A stretch of 64,000 bases of DNA from Andalucia godoyi And28 (taxonomy: Eukaryota; Protista; Jakobida): NCBI GenBank assembly GCA_009859145.1, contig VRVR01000036.1, positions 136,604 through 200,603 on the forward strand. The letters run 5' to 3'. How positions within the stretch are numbered: position 1 is the first letter of the stretch; each line of letters begins with the position of its first letter. A program made the position numbers and the translations under genes. The notes beneath the pieces were generated by a model that made no database searches, had not been told where the DNA came from, and worked only from the letters and a program-made list of their open reading frames with translations. Of the stretch, positions 50,157 to 62,288 are shown piece by piece.

Positions 50157-52016
50157 TTACACGTTGGAAAGCACCAGTTTGGCGACGGAAATGTACCATG
50201 ACGCATTTCCGATTCCAACGATTTGGACAAGAAGATCAGGGTCGCCGCCGCAAACAGCAAGCAACGTTTCTGCAATGGCGGTTTTGATCTGAATGTCGTG
50301 ATGGCAAAACAATGGTTTCCACACTTCTGGGTCAGTTGGACAGCGATCGAGAACCATCGACTGGCCCTCCTCCCAATTCTCAACCTGACTCTTGATCGCG
50401 TAGATCACAGAAGTCAGCCGCAGTTTGTCCTGCTGCGATTCGGCCTTTACAATGGCTTGTGTTCGTGGATCAAGGTAGAACTGGAATCTCTCCATCAAAT
50501 AATCCAATATAGGTGCAGAGTAGCAGCCAAGGACCACTAGTAGCCGCTCGATATGGTCCCGTTCTTTACCCTGAGAAACCGTAATGTACGTTTCGACGAG
50601 CGTCTGCAGAGCAGGAAAGCAGGACTTGTGTTTGAGATCCTCACTCATCACCGAGAGGTGATGTGCCCAACCATAAAGCGCTTTGAAAACATTTTCACGC
50701 ACGGCAGAGGGCCAGGTGAGGTAGCAGGTCTGGTCAAGGGTATGGCAGTTTGTGGAGGCAAGCGCCACAAGGGACTCCACAACTTTGAGATCCAGCCCGA
50801 ACTCGGTGGCGTACAAGAACAGCAGTGACGACGCCACTGTCCATCTCCGGTTTCGGTCCGAGTCTGTTTCGTCGGAGACCGTGCGGACCATGTCCTCGTG
50901 GACCTGCGTATCGTCCACAGAGCTAAAGCCCTTCTTCAACGGAGAGCTTCGCGGAGAGTCGTTGGAGCCGTGTCGAGACGTAGCTGGCGAGATCACTGGA
51001 CTCCTATGCACTTTTGGCCGCAAAAACTCACCATCCCCGTCCTCCCCGTCTTCCAGCATGACCAATTCATCGCTATCCGCCTCGGCATCACCGTCGTCAT
51101 CATCTTCTTCACAGACTTTGGAGTGACCACGGCTATCGTTGTTTCTATTCTTATCCCCATCCCTCTCCTTCTGCGTATTGCAATCATCACCACCGTTACC
51201 ACAACCATTACCATTGTTGCAGTTGTTGCAATCGCTCTTTCCAGAGCACCTGTTCCGCTCATTACGAACACCATTCCCACTCCCACTCCCACTCCCATTG
51301 CCACTGCCACTCCGACTCCGATTCCGACTACTGCTACTGCTACTGCTACTGCTGGAGTTGCTGCTAGTCCGAGCACTTGTCTCATGAAGTGAATCATCAC
51401 CTCTTCCTCTTATCGAGCTTTCTGCCCCAAAGAACAAAGCCGAGGAAGCCAGAGGGAGTGAGTTTCGAGGGAACTGAAGTGGCAGAGGCAGGCTTCCAGG
51501 CAGACTGTTCCTTTGCAAGACCGGGGAAGACGAAAGCCGTGCGATTGAAGGCGGCGGGGGCGACGAAACGACACTGAATTTCGACGCATCGACGTACGGA
51601 CTCATCATATCCAAAGCAAGAAGCACGAGTTTTGGGTATTTTTCAAGTTCGCGAATGAGATCATTTGACAAAATGCATGCATTCACGATCAACGCGCCAG
51701 CCTCGGCGAAAAACGCGAGTGGATTCTGAAGGAGCAAATGACAAAACCGGTGTAATATAGGCTTATTCTGCACGAGAAACATCGGGAAGTACCGTGCAAT
51801 GATCCGGAATGACTTTGAAAAGGTTCTTGGGTGCTGCGAAGCGTGCGTTGAAAGAAACTGCAAAAGCATGCTTGCGTCCCGCACTGGCCAACTTGCCACA
51901 AACTGGATCGAAGCAGGATTTGCATCATACAGAGCATTAAACGACTCGAGAGACTCCATGCACCGATCATGGCCCAAATCATGAAGAAGTTTCGCGGGCT
52001 GCATGGACATTTCCAT
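50157..52016 (-). CDS. Uncharacterised helical (ARM-like) protein with central low-complexity insertion
   Basis: 619-aa ORF; Leu-rich helical flanks around an S/G/N/D-rich tract. Confidence 0.7.
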   Translation of the reverse strand: MEMSMQPAKLLHDLGHDRCMESLESFNALYDANPASIQFVASWPVRDASMLLQFLSTHASQHPRTFSKSFRIIARYFPMFLVQNKPILHRFCHLLLQNPLAFFAEAGALIVNACILSNDLIRELEKYPKLVLLALDMMSPYVDASKFSVVSSPPPPSIARLSSSPVLQRNSLPGSLPLPLQFPRNSLPLASSALFFGAESSIRGRGDDSLHETSARTSSNSSSSSSSSSSRNRSRSGSGNGSGSGSGNGVRNERNRCSGKSDCNNCNNGNGCGNGGDDCNTQKERDGDKNRNNDSRGHSKVCEEDDDDGDAEADSDELVMLEDGEDGDGEFLRPKVHRSPVISPATSRHGSNDSPRSSPLKKGFSSVDDTQVHEDMVRTVSDETDSDRNRRWTVASSLLFLYATEFGLDLKVVESLVALASTNCHTLDQTCYLTWPSAVRENVFKALYGWAHHLSVMSEDLKHKSCFPALQTLVETYITVSQGKERDHIERLLVVLGCYSAPILDYLMERFQFYLDPRTQAIVKAESQQDKLRLTSVIYAIKSQVENWEEGQSMVLDRCPTDPEVWKPLFCHHDIQIKTAIAETLLAVCGGDPDLLVQIVGIGNASWYISVAKLVLSNV

Positions 52017-52307
52017 CCCTTTTGTTTCTCCCCTTTAGCAATGTGCACAAATCAATACAATCAAACTAAATTTGCATACTTTAAATCTGTGGAGTCCGAA
52101 ACAAAGAAAACCAAGGAAAAAAGAAGGTCTGTTTTCCGAAAGAAAACCAAAACCAAAACCAAAACCAGAATGAAAATGAAAATGAAAATTAAAATGAAAA
52201 TACGGATGCTTCAGACCGCTGGAGACAACGCTTACGAGAGGGTCGAGAGTGAACTTGAAAAAGAGAGTGGTTGCAGCAGAGTGCAAACGTTTACAGGGTT
52301 TATTTTT

Positions 52308-54017
52308 TTACAGCTCAAAGGTTTCGGTGTGGACATCGAAATGGACTGATTCAAAAGGAGGGATTCCGATCCCCGAGAGAGCGACGGAGGATGAACGAAC
52401 GGAGCTGAGCATTGCGAACGGTCCACACGCCAAGACAGCCACACGAACTGTCTCCGTTCCGTTCTTGTTCGGGTCGGATGGTGCAGGATCTGCAATTGCG
52501 GTTCGCGCGGCATTCTTCAGTACTTCAGGAATCGCAAGTCGACCTGGGCCTACATGGACTTCGATATCCACGCCAACTTTTTTTGCTATGAGCGTCTGAA
52601 GCTTGTCCATCTCTTCCTTTGCGATCTCCGATGTCCTCGTGAACTGCAGTCGGACTCGGAGAATTGCAGGCAGCGACCAGCGCAATGCATGATCATTTGC
52701 AACTTGGCTGGCTGCATTCGAGGACTTCCGGGGCCCAGGCAATGCAAGCTGCTCCAACACGGAGATTGCGAATGGGACTTCGCGGCCTTGCAACGACCAG
52801 CAGAGGTTGACGACCACCGGTGACGCAGTCGCGGTTTCACTCTTTTCCACATCCATGTCAAAGTTTGTTGTCGTCACTGCCGTCGATGTTGGTGACACTG
52901 GTGACGCAGGCGACGATGACGACGACTGTGCGTTGTCGTACTTGTGAGTGTTCGATGCAACGATCCAGTTCCAGAAGCTGAGCATTGGGGTGATTCCCAC
53001 ACCACCGGCAATGAGGGAAAAATTGGTGTACCTCGCGAGATCAAGAGCCGAGGATCCAAACGGGCCGTCGACCGCGACCTTTGGTCCTTCGCCGCGGGCA
53101 TTGACTTCAAGCTTGGTCATATATTGCGTATACTGGCCGAACTCCCGGATGAAAAACCCAAGGATGATAGCACTGCTGCCCCCCTTTCGATGGGCGCTCT
53201 GTTCCTGATCAAAATTCGGCTGCTCCAGAGGCCTCGTGTAGGCAATTGAGAAAGGGTGCATTTGCGACCACTTCAGCGACGGCACGTACAGATACACGTA
53301 CTGCCCCGGCTCTGCATATGCATTTCCAGCATTCTGCACCAAGATTTCCCACTTGACAACCCGCTGTCCTGGCTTTCCAGAGACAACGGTCGCGGAAAGA
53401 ATCGTTGCATTTCGTCGAACTCCAACGAAGATCCGCGCAACCCAGTCTGCAGCGTACAGAATCACAGGAACGATGCACCGCAAAATCAGCCCACCTGCAT
53501 CTTCATGAAGAATCGCAAAGATGTACGCAATAGGAGCCAAGACGTAGTGTGACTTCATGAATCCTTCATATAAATTTCGTCGAATCCAGGCCAACGACGT
53601 GAGGAACAGCATGAGAAACGCAGTCATCGCAATCAGTCCGGCTACGTTGGAAAACTGATTCATGTCGTTCCCAAAGACCAGGAAGAAGAAATGGATCACA
53701 GTGAGGATAACTGTCGCATATGAGATCCATCTGTGGAACTTAATCGCTCGTTCAAAGGGAACGTTCAGAATAACGAGAAGCGGCGAAACTCGCTTGGTGA
53801 CCGGAATAAGCAAGAATGCCATGTTCCACTGGATGGGCCCACCCGTCGAGCGTCCTCCGTCGCCGCGACGAAGCGACTGAGCACACAACGCAAGCTCAAC
53901 GCCGATAAACGCCAGCAGAAACATCACGTCACCAAAAGACACATTCGGGAATATTGCATGGATTGGCTTGTGCATCCTGCGCAACACAGGATACAACACT
54001 CGAGGAATCAAGTGCAT
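52308..54017 (-). CDS. Ferric reductase / NOX-like transmembrane oxidoreductase
   Basis: Heme His pairs (KFHRW..IHFF; KSHY..ILHE), HPFS, VAVDGPFG, IAGGVGITP, ACGP and C-terminal E.FEL. Confidence 0.92.
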   Translation of the reverse strand: MHLIPRVLYPVLRRMHKPIHAIFPNVSFGDVMFLLAFIGVELALCAQSLRRGDGGRSTGGPIQWNMAFLLIPVTKRVSPLLVILNVPFERAIKFHRWISYATVILTVIHFFFLVFGNDMNQFSNVAGLIAMTAFLMLFLTSLAWIRRNLYEGFMKSHYVLAPIAYIFAILHEDAGGLILRCIVPVILYAADWVARIFVGVRRNATILSATVVSGKPGQRVVKWEILVQNAGNAYAEPGQYVYLYVPSLKWSQMHPFSIAYTRPLEQPNFDQEQSAHRKGGSSAIILGFFIREFGQYTQYMTKLEVNARGEGPKVAVDGPFGSSALDLARYTNFSLIAGGVGITPMLSFWNWIVASNTHKYDNAQSSSSSPASPVSPTSTAVTTTNFDMDVEKSETATASPVVVNLCWSLQGREVPFAISVLEQLALPGPRKSSNAASQVANDHALRWSLPAILRVRLQFTRTSEIAKEEMDKLQTLIAKKVGVDIEVHVGPGRLAIPEVLKNAARTAIADPAPSDPNKNGTETVRVAVLACGPFAMLSSVRSSSVALSGIGIPPFESVHFDVHTETFEL

Positions 54018-54463
54018 CGTTTTTTCTTCGGTGCCAAAAGTCTACCTTGTACTTCAAACTTCTTTCCTTTTTAAATTATATTAATCACAAACTCAAAACC
54101 CCGTCGGTCTTCCCTCCTTTTCTCTGTCTTCTTTAACATAGACGTTGCGCTTATTTTGCAATTTTTAAAGGCTGCTCATTTAGTGCGTCGGAGAATTTAG
54201 GCTGGAGCGGGTATTTTTTCTTCTATTTTTGTCCAGATCTGGTGTTTCTGAAAAGTCGTGTCTGCTCGTATTGAAGCTGCAAAGAGCTACGACGTCGCAT
54301 CACGGAAAAGAGGAGCTCCGCCCCGATTTTGGTCGTAGGCTTTCTCAGTTTAGAGACTGCTTCACGTTATCTAGCTCTTTCTTTTTTCCCCCCTCATTTT
54401 ATTTTCAAAGTCACCGTAACAGGTCACGCGCCTCGCGTTTTTTGCATAGAGTTCATCATCATC

Positions 54464-54496
54464 ATCATCATCATCAACAACAACAACAACAACAAT

Positions 54497-54534
<38 letters not shown>

Positions 54535-54541
54535 TAACATC

Positions 54542-54589
<48 letters not shown>

Positions 54590-54619
54590 AATAATAATAA
54601 TAATAACAACAACAACAAT
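54464..54619. repeat. Long (CAT)n(AAC/AAT)n microsatellite in a divergent promoter region
   Basis: Direct reading; ends ~30 bp before the ATG at 54648. Confidence 0.96.
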
Positions 54620-54647
54620 AGTCTAATAGTAATTGTAGAAATTGGAA

Positions 54648-57197
54648 ATGGCAGATCTCGTTGTTCAGCCGCAGGTAAGCTTGGTCAAAGGCGATTTTAA
54701 CAGGTTCCTGTCGTTTGTTGGATATCGATATCAGCTCGCGAACGCAGATTATGATCTCCGATCTCCATTTGTATCCGAGTTTGGTCTGATGCTCCAGACG
54801 CAGCAAGGTTTGCTTGCGAAAAACCCTATTCGAATCGCCATTTCGGAAAATTTGGATCCTTCAGACGATGCAGAATGCATTGTCCTTGCACATGGAGTAA
54901 CCGGGACACTGTCCTTTGTGAGGCGCGTCGTGAAATCCCTCGAGGAAAACGTGTTCCAGTTCCTGTGCAACAATCCACGGTATATTGGACTTGAAAACAG
55001 CACCGCGGACTCTTTTTCGAAGCCCGTGGTTCGACGGGCATTCTGCGCACTCGCGAAGACGCAATCGCCTATTGTGCGAGCTTTGGTGATCAACGCATTG
55101 GAGCTTGGACTGCGTGTTCGGCAGAATGTGCGGGACATTCCGAGATCTCTGGGAGACATTCAGGTTCCGAATCCTCTGGATGTGCATGTTTCACTGCTTG
55201 GACAGCACGCAGGCGCTGAGTCCTTCGGCTGCGTGGCGCCGTCCATGTGGAGCGTTGATATAGTTTTGATTCACAGCTTGCATGGCCCAGCGGAATTCGT
55301 GTTTGGGCCTCTTCCCGAAGGCATACTGGATACCACCACCTCAGCAGCATTCGAGAGCATTGGTGATGGTGTTTCATCTGCATCATTATCGCGGACTTGG
55401 CCGACAATGCTTCCCTACTGCATCCACACCGCAGATCCGTCCACCATGCCACCTCCGACTGCGTTTCGTGTGATTAATCTCCGTCATAACGTCGATGTGT
55501 TCACAAAGATGAATTCAACGATGCGCCAGTGCCTGGACGACTTTGCGAGCATACTGACGTCTTGCAAGGTCGGCGAGCAGAATCGCACCGTCTTGTTTGT
55601 GGCGCATCATATCGGCGGCATCTTGCTCAAGCAGGTCTTGCCGCGATGGGAAAATGCAAAGAACACAGGTGGAATCGTCTTTCTGGATGTTCCACATTTC
55701 GGCTTGCCAATCACGCTTACGTCTCTCAGTTTCGTCAATGCAAATGCTGCCGACTTGCTGAACAACCGAGAACAACTGCAAAAGATTGACTCGCATTTTA
55801 AGGAGTTCGTTGCTGGCCACCAACGGTCGATTGGAAGCCTTCCGGAAAACACGCTGCCTGTTCTCGATTGCGTCACTCGCCCTCCGATTCTGCCCAGTTC
55901 GCAGACGACTTCAGCACTCGATGACGGTGGGGCAGCCTCCTCGGTCGAGACTCCAAGCAGTGCTTGGTATGCAGGCAGCCAACGGAACTTCACGGTCTCC
56001 ACGCAGCACCTCGCATTGATGAAGGACCATCTCGTCGCGTGCTTGCGTGCATCGGGAGCAGCGCACTTGATGAAACTGCAACTTGACGAATTGGCTGCAC
56101 TCGTCTTGCAGAAGAGTCCTCCGGTCCCGCAGCCGTCCAGCGAACCTGAAATGTGGTCGATTGTTCCGGATGAAAGCTGGAGAGCTGTCTCGGCACTCGT
56201 GATCTTCGCGCGCCGGGACCAGCACGAAGCTTTCCAAACAATGATCAGCGGACTTTCTATTTCTGACTGTCGCGTTATCCAAACCCGAGTCAGTCATTTG
56301 CCGGCGTTTCTGAAGAGATTGACTTCGCAGTGGGAAGCTATCAAGAACGAGTTCTTGCTTGTGCGTGCGAAAGACTGGCTCAAAGCCGTCTTCTCTCCGT
56401 GGGCGGGCCAACAGCGTGAAACGTCGTTTGACATGTCCTTGTTAGTCCCGGAGCGCCAGCCGAACTTTCTGATCGCGCTGATTGGCGACCCAACCGGGAA
56501 ATTACTGTCGACCTCCGTTTGCCGCAACGTCGTTCGGGCCTTCAAGGACCTCAGCGTACCGATTCACAGCGTGATCCTTCCTTGTGCAGGGTTTGAGAAT
56601 GCTGGGCATCAGCTCGAGCTGAAGCGAGTAGTAGATTCTGAGGCCTGCCACTTCCTAACCATGTGTAACCAAGAATCCCCAGGAGACGTGGTGTTGGAAG
56701 GGCTTCGACATTTGCTTCCAAAGTGGCGCTTCCTGCTTTCCGGAGTTGCCTACAGTCTGACAATGACTCTCCAAGAAAAGTTTGCCAACGAACCCTATCT
56801 TGTTTCTTTTCTCTTGGAGCGAAAGTTTTTTCAAAACTGGGTTGCATCCATCTTTGATGATCTTGCGGATGTTGGGATATCCGGCCGCATGGTGTGCACA
56901 TCACGTTTTGAGGATGAAACTCGGCTTTTGATGTTGCATTTACTAGCTTCTCAAGAAGTCGGTGCTCTGTCGTCCAGAAAAATGCAGTCGATTATGCCAC
57001 TGCTGGCATGTGAGCTACCTCGATGGATATACAATCATACTCCCGATGCGCTCCGCGACTGCTTGATTCCTCCTGTGCGTTCTGACGTGGTAAATACGCA
57101 AAGAATCACGCAAGCAGAACTCGCGTCGTTTCGACAGAGGATCCGAGAATCTCTTCTCCACGAATTCGACGACCAGAAGCAGATCCATTCGGAATGA
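54648..57197 (+). CDS. Protein with a SERAC1-like alpha/beta-hydrolase module lacking the nucleophile Ser
   Basis: DIVLIHSLHG, VLFVAHHIGGILLKQVL and GGIVFLDVPHFG parallel DIVFVHGL.G, IFVAHSLGG and GIVFLGTPH.G. Confidence 0.7.
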   Translation: MADLVVQPQVSLVKGDFNRFLSFVGYRYQLANADYDLRSPFVSEFGLMLQTQQGLLAKNPIRIAISENLDPSDDAECIVLAHGVTGTLSFVRRVVKSLEENVFQFLCNNPRYIGLENSTADSFSKPVVRRAFCALAKTQSPIVRALVINALELGLRVRQNVRDIPRSLGDIQVPNPLDVHVSLLGQHAGAESFGCVAPSMWSVDIVLIHSLHGPAEFVFGPLPEGILDTTTSAAFESIGDGVSSASLSRTWPTMLPYCIHTADPSTMPPPTAFRVINLRHNVDVFTKMNSTMRQCLDDFASILTSCKVGEQNRTVLFVAHHIGGILLKQVLPRWENAKNTGGIVFLDVPHFGLPITLTSLSFVNANAADLLNNREQLQKIDSHFKEFVAGHQRSIGSLPENTLPVLDCVTRPPILPSSQTTSALDDGGAASSVETPSSAWYAGSQRNFTVSTQHLALMKDHLVACLRASGAAHLMKLQLDELAALVLQKSPPVPQPSSEPEMWSIVPDESWRAVSALVIFARRDQHEAFQTMISGLSISDCRVIQTRVSHLPAFLKRLTSQWEAIKNEFLLVRAKDWLKAVFSPWAGQQRETSFDMSLLVPERQPNFLIALIGDPTGKLLSTSVCRNVVRAFKDLSVPIHSVILPCAGFENAGHQLELKRVVDSEACHFLTMCNQESPGDVVLEGLRHLLPKWRFLLSGVAYSLTMTLQEKFANEPYLVSFLLERKFFQNWVASIFDDLADVGISGRMVCTSRFEDETRLLMLHLLASQEVGALSSRKMQSIMPLLACELPRWIYNHTPDALRDCLIPPVRSDVVNTQRITQAELASFRQRIRESLLHEFDDQKQIHSE

Positions 57198-57409
57198 TGG
57201 GGACTTTTTTCGCTTGTGTTTTCTTCTTCTTCTTTTACATCTCATTTTTTTCTCTCTCCCCGCCTCGCCTTCAAAGAAACATCACTGGTCGGGACAGTAC
57301 CTCTCCTCGCGTCGATGCGTAAACAAGCACTAGGCAATTCTTTCTCGAAGTCTCACAACAGTTGTCATCGTCAAGTCGCCATCGCCATCGCCATCGCCAT
57401 TGCCATGAC

Positions 57410-58930
57410 CTACAAGGTGACAGCCTCTGCCTTCATACTCAGGCACTCCTCGCGAATCTCATCAAACATAGTCGTTGACAGGTAGCGTTCTCCAAACGAC
57501 GGGATGATGACCACGATTCGCTTGCCAGCGTTTTCCTCTCGAGCCCCCAGGCGAATCGCGGCCTGGACAGCAGCACCGGACGAGATGCCGACCATCAAGC
57601 CTTCCTCGAGGGCCAGTCTTCGTGACATCTGGAACGACTCCTGGGAGTTTACCTGGATAACCTCATCCACGTACTCGGAGCTGTACACTTTGGGCACAAA
57701 TCCAGCTCCGAGTCCCTGAATTTTGTGGGGACCGGGTTTTCCACCGGACAGCACCGCCGACTCGACAGGCTCCACCGCCACCACCTTGACGTTCGGGTTC
57801 TTTTCCTTCAAAAACTTTCCGGCACCCGTAATTGTTCCACCAGTACCGACTCCTGCGACAAAAAAGTCCACTGTGCCTTCCGTGTCACGCCAGATCTCAG
57901 GGCCCGTCGTTTCATAATGGATCTTGGGATTCGACGGGTTCTCAAACTGCTGCAGCATGACCGCGTTCGGAGTATTTCCAACGATTTCGTTCGCCTTTGC
58001 AATGGCGCCCTTCATTCCAAGTGATCCAGGAGTCAGAATCAACTTTGCTCCAAGTGCTCGCAACATCATTCGACTGATTCAATGTCACGGAGGGAAAGTA
58101 AGTACGTTAAAAAACAGAAATCGAAAGAGAGACGCAGCAAATACAAGAGCGATTAAAAAAAGCCCTGAGTGAGAAGAAGAAAAGAAGAAGAGGAAGAAGA
58201 GGAAGAAGATTCGAATATGAAACAAATAAGACAGGAGAACATAAGAAAGGAATAAAATAGTCGACATACCGCTCAAGAGACATGGTCTCTGGCATCACGA
58301 TTATGCAATGATAGCCCAATGCAGACGCAACAAAGGAGATTCCCTATGACACATTTCACGAACAGTGGAAGGAAACACACACACACACACACACACACCC
58401 CAAAAAATGCAAGATGAAGTGAAAAAACAAAGACTGTGAGAACTCCACTCAATGATTGCCACCGTGTTGTGCATAGCGCATGATTACGAAGACCACATAC
58501 AATACCGGTGTTTCCCGACGTCGGCTCAACGAGGATGGACACTCCTGGACATGGCAATCAAGATACACGTATATTCATGTATACACATAATAGCAGTCAG
58601 CAAACGGGCATCAAAAATCGAGGAAATGCAAAGGCCAAGCTGCCAAGGTAAGGTATGGCCAACGTAGGCATGGCCAAGGTAGGATGAATGCAGCTAGGTG
58701 AAGATCGTCATACCTGGAGTGATTTTTCCTTCTTGCTGAGCTTCGCGGATCATGGAAAGAGCAAGACGGTCCTTGACGGAGGAGCACGGCTCGAGAGACT
58801 CGAGTTTTGCAAGGATTTCCGCCTTTGAATCCGACGAAACCTTGTTGAGCCGAACGAGCGGAGTGTTTCCGATGAGCTCGGTGATGTTGTTTGCGATCGG
58901 ATTCTTCCGGGCTGCGTCAAATGAGGCCAT
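57410..58930 (-). CDS. cysK: Cysteine synthase A (O-acetylserine thiol-lyase); exons 58930-58714, 58544-58501, 58343-58270, 58073-57410
   Basis: [15 protein letters not shown] (PLP Lys), [16 protein letters not shown] and [11 protein letters not shown]. Three GT-AG introns restore one frame. Confidence 0.96.
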
Positions 58931-59349
58931 GTTGGAAAATCCTGAGAAAAGCCACTAGGTAATAGCAGTAATAGTAATAGTAGTAGTACTGAACTTGGGG
59001 CAAAAGCAAGATTTGATCCTACAAATAAACCAAACGAATCAAAAAGCAAAAACAAAAACAAACCATTAAATTAAACTTAAAAAAACCGACGAAAAAACGA
59101 CGGAAAATCGAAAAGCACTATGCGGAAGTTTCCGTCTGGAATTCCCGATTTCCACTGCTGAATTGGGAAACTTGATTCAAGTCTGCGCTGCTGCGAACTA
59201 CAGTACTTGAACGTGTGTGTGAGCGGGATTTGCTACAGACGTTTTTACGATTTATGATTCAATTGCTTCAACATACATCCCCCTGCACACACAGAGATTC
59301 ATACACACATACACTCATAATATGGCGCCGAATGCAGTCAATGTCATTT

Positions 59350-61030
59350 TTAAGCCACAAAGAGTCTTCTTCGCAATTCTTTCTGCAGAATTCCAATCTC
59401 TCGGGTTGTGCCACCCATGATATCCGAGTTCTCCTGGAGCCTTCTCGTGAGATACGGCATGACTTGGCGGACTGGACCGAAAGGCAAGTACTTTGCAACG
59501 GGCATATGCGCGTCTGCCAGAGTGTATGAAATCGAATCCGCCATCCCAAGAAGCTGACCGAACCCAATGTCCGCCTTCCTGGACGCGACCATCGATGTCA
59601 GCCCCAGCGAGTCTATGAGCGTCAGAGCTTTTGCAACGGTCCGTGGATTGTGCGTCGCCACGAGAATATCCAAAGGCGGCCGACTGCCCTTTTCTATTGC
59701 AGATGCAATTTGCTGAATCGCGTACGCAACGCCGGAATCATAGGACGCGTGAGTCTCTTCCACATTATCCCAGATGGCCACAGCGCGTCCGGCATTTCCC
59801 GCCTCAACGCGCTCGGAATCCTTGTACGCACCTCGCACCAGCTTCGCGCCGAGCACAAATCCATGACCCTTTGCACTTTGAAGGTCATTCACAAGCTGCG
59901 ACGGGCCCGACTTGAGATACATTTGGTACGTGGATCGAATGAGCCCAGAGGACTTGTTGTATTTCTTCATCATTTCCAGAGCCAAAAGAGCCATCGCAGG
60001 CTGCATTCGCCATTGTTCAGCATCGATATACAGGCATACGTTGTCCCGAAATGCAACTTCGCAGATAAGATCGAGTCTGCGCATCGTAGTTGACCATTCC
60101 TCGACATCCGATTGCACAAGCCCAAATGCCCCAGGGTTCTTGAACACGACTTCACCAGCATCCAGAAACGAAACAGGAAGCTGATGCACATTCCAACCGT
60201 TGCTTGTGCCTTTCCCATCTCCGTGGACATTGGTGGTGCTCGTCGGCACTGGCGAGGAGGAGAAAAAGACGCGCTCCACATTGGGAGTTTCCTCCAAAGC
60301 CTGCGACGCACGAGAACCCTGGACTTGCATAAGCGCATTCGACACATGCTCAAGAGCTGAAACAGGACCAAGCGCCGAGATCTTCAGACATGCCGAAGCT
60401 TGATTTCGCACCGACGAAGCAGGAATCGACTGTGTAAACGACGCCGCAGTTCGAACTGCAGATTGCAGGACCCGAACCGTCGAGTCAAACGCGCTGCTTT
60501 TCACGTCCAAGTCACCGCTATTCATGCACGCAACACCATTAAGCCAACCAGTTTGGTAAGGAAAGAAAAAAACAATGAAAAGAGAAAGGAGCAGAGGTAA
60601 TGGAAGGAAAAGGAGTAAGAAATTCATACGACTCTGCTTCGACAGAATAGTCGACGATGCCTGCGACGCCTCGATTTGCGAGTCTTCCCAGCGTGACCTT
60701 CACTTCAGCGAGCGTCTCTCCCGCGCAGAAATGCTCAAAGAACGAGTGTTTGATTCCCCAAAAGACTGGGGCCGCAAGCGACCCCGAGGCCGAAGCAGTA
60801 GCAATGATTGCCGGAGCGCTTTTGACAAGCGGAGAAATGCGACACGCCCCAAGATGCGCGAGCGAAGACACAATTGACGGTGTCGTAAGCTTTGATAGCG
60901 GGGAGACCGGAACAGCCGTCAGACTCGGCGAGTCAGAAGAAAGAAGAGAAATCGCAGACGCAATCGACAGCTTTGCATCAGCTGCTTTCGAACCACTGCC
61001 ACTCGAAAATCGTCGAAACACTGTCAACAT
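59350..61030 (-). CDS. PRODH: Proline dehydrogenase, mitochondrial; exons 61030-60630 and 60517-59350
   Basis: HFCAGET, IDAEQ, TYQMYLK, GAKLVRGAY, VATHN, FGQLLGM and KYLPFGP..YLTRRLQEN; presequence-like MLTVFRRFSS. Confidence 0.94.
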
Positions 61031-61520
61031 ATTGCTTCAAAAAGTCCTGTTCCTCTCCCTGTTCCTCTTCCCTCCTTGCGCGTCGCCTTTTTCTTGTCGG
61101 TTTTTTCTGTTCTTTCCTGCTCCTTTTGCTTCCTCGTTGTTTCGGACACCTTTCGTCTCAATAGTATAATAAAACTGTCTTTCCCCACCCACCTTCTTTT
61201 TCCTCCTCCGTTTACCGTTGTTCGAGCAGAGACTGCCTTTGCGTTGATGAAGAGCAAAAATGAAGAGAAGACGAGTCCAGAGTACCCTTGGCAACTCTTG
61301 AGAACGGTTCTAAAGCATCTTGTTTTAATGTGCGTTTTCTTTTCCTTCGTGTTGATTTTCCTCCATGCTGGCTAAAACTACGGTTGACAGCTTTTGCTCC
61401 CGACGTTGGTCTGTGCTGCGACTGCAGTTGCTCTTCGGACACATTAAGGCCCAGGTTGGAAATTGCCCGCCGTACGATCAGCACAATAAGGACAGTCCGT
61501 CAAACGAGCTGCTTACGAAC

Positions 61521-62096
61521 ATACGCCTACATCATACACTGAACATGCATATCTACGAATAGACATGCATCTTCAATCTTGCATCTCGTTGCCGGGAACG
61601 GGATCGGCCCCAATACGCCTCACGGTGTTCTTCAGATAGATGTTCCGCGCTCCGTTCCCAATCTCGATCAATATGTGAGTCACTTTGTCAGCGTGACACG
61701 TGGTTCCTGAGAAGGGTGCATTTTTTGATTCTGACGGCCCTAGCAGCAGGCGTAGTGACACGTGGTCTCTTAGGAGGTCTGCGGGACCTAGGAGGCCCTG
61801 TATCGAGCGGCGTAGGCGTAGGCGAGTGCGTCATCCCAGCGCACCCATGCCCATATTTGAATAAAAAAGCGAAACCAAAAAAAGTGAAACCAACGAATGA
61901 TAGAATAGATGGCTACGGATGCTGCGTTAAAGAGTGTCGAAAATGCAGAGCCCGTGTCACCGGCTGAATTTTGGCCGAGCGTGCGTAAGCACGAATTCCC
62001 TGTGAAACAAACGTGCTAGTGTCGGCCAGTATTGACTGTGTCTGTTCATGCATACTTCCATATGCATGACAATGACGTGTTGTTATTATTCAACGG
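61521..62096. repeat. Dispersed repeat family A, copy 3
   Basis: Alignable with the other two copies; carries an extra ~65-bp internal segment. Confidence 0.95.
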
Positions 62097-62288
62097 CGTA
62101 CGTGTAACGAAACACATGCAAAACAAGCGCTGTATTCTCTTTTTCCAAAACAAAACACCTTAACTCTATACAAAGCTTGCGTTTCATTTTTCTCATTTTC
62201 ACATTCTCGGGTCTTTTCAGCATGCTATTTTTCAGTGTCTGGTTTTAAATGTTGTAATGTACTGAATGTACTGTTATTTGGAGAATTG

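Noticed and set aside
54329-54700. Poly-Asn, poly-Gln and poly-Leu ORFs; likewise poly-Lys at 23578-23889 and poly-Arg/Lys at 37706-38113
   Set aside because: Translations of microsatellites that are out of frame with the neighbouring real genes.
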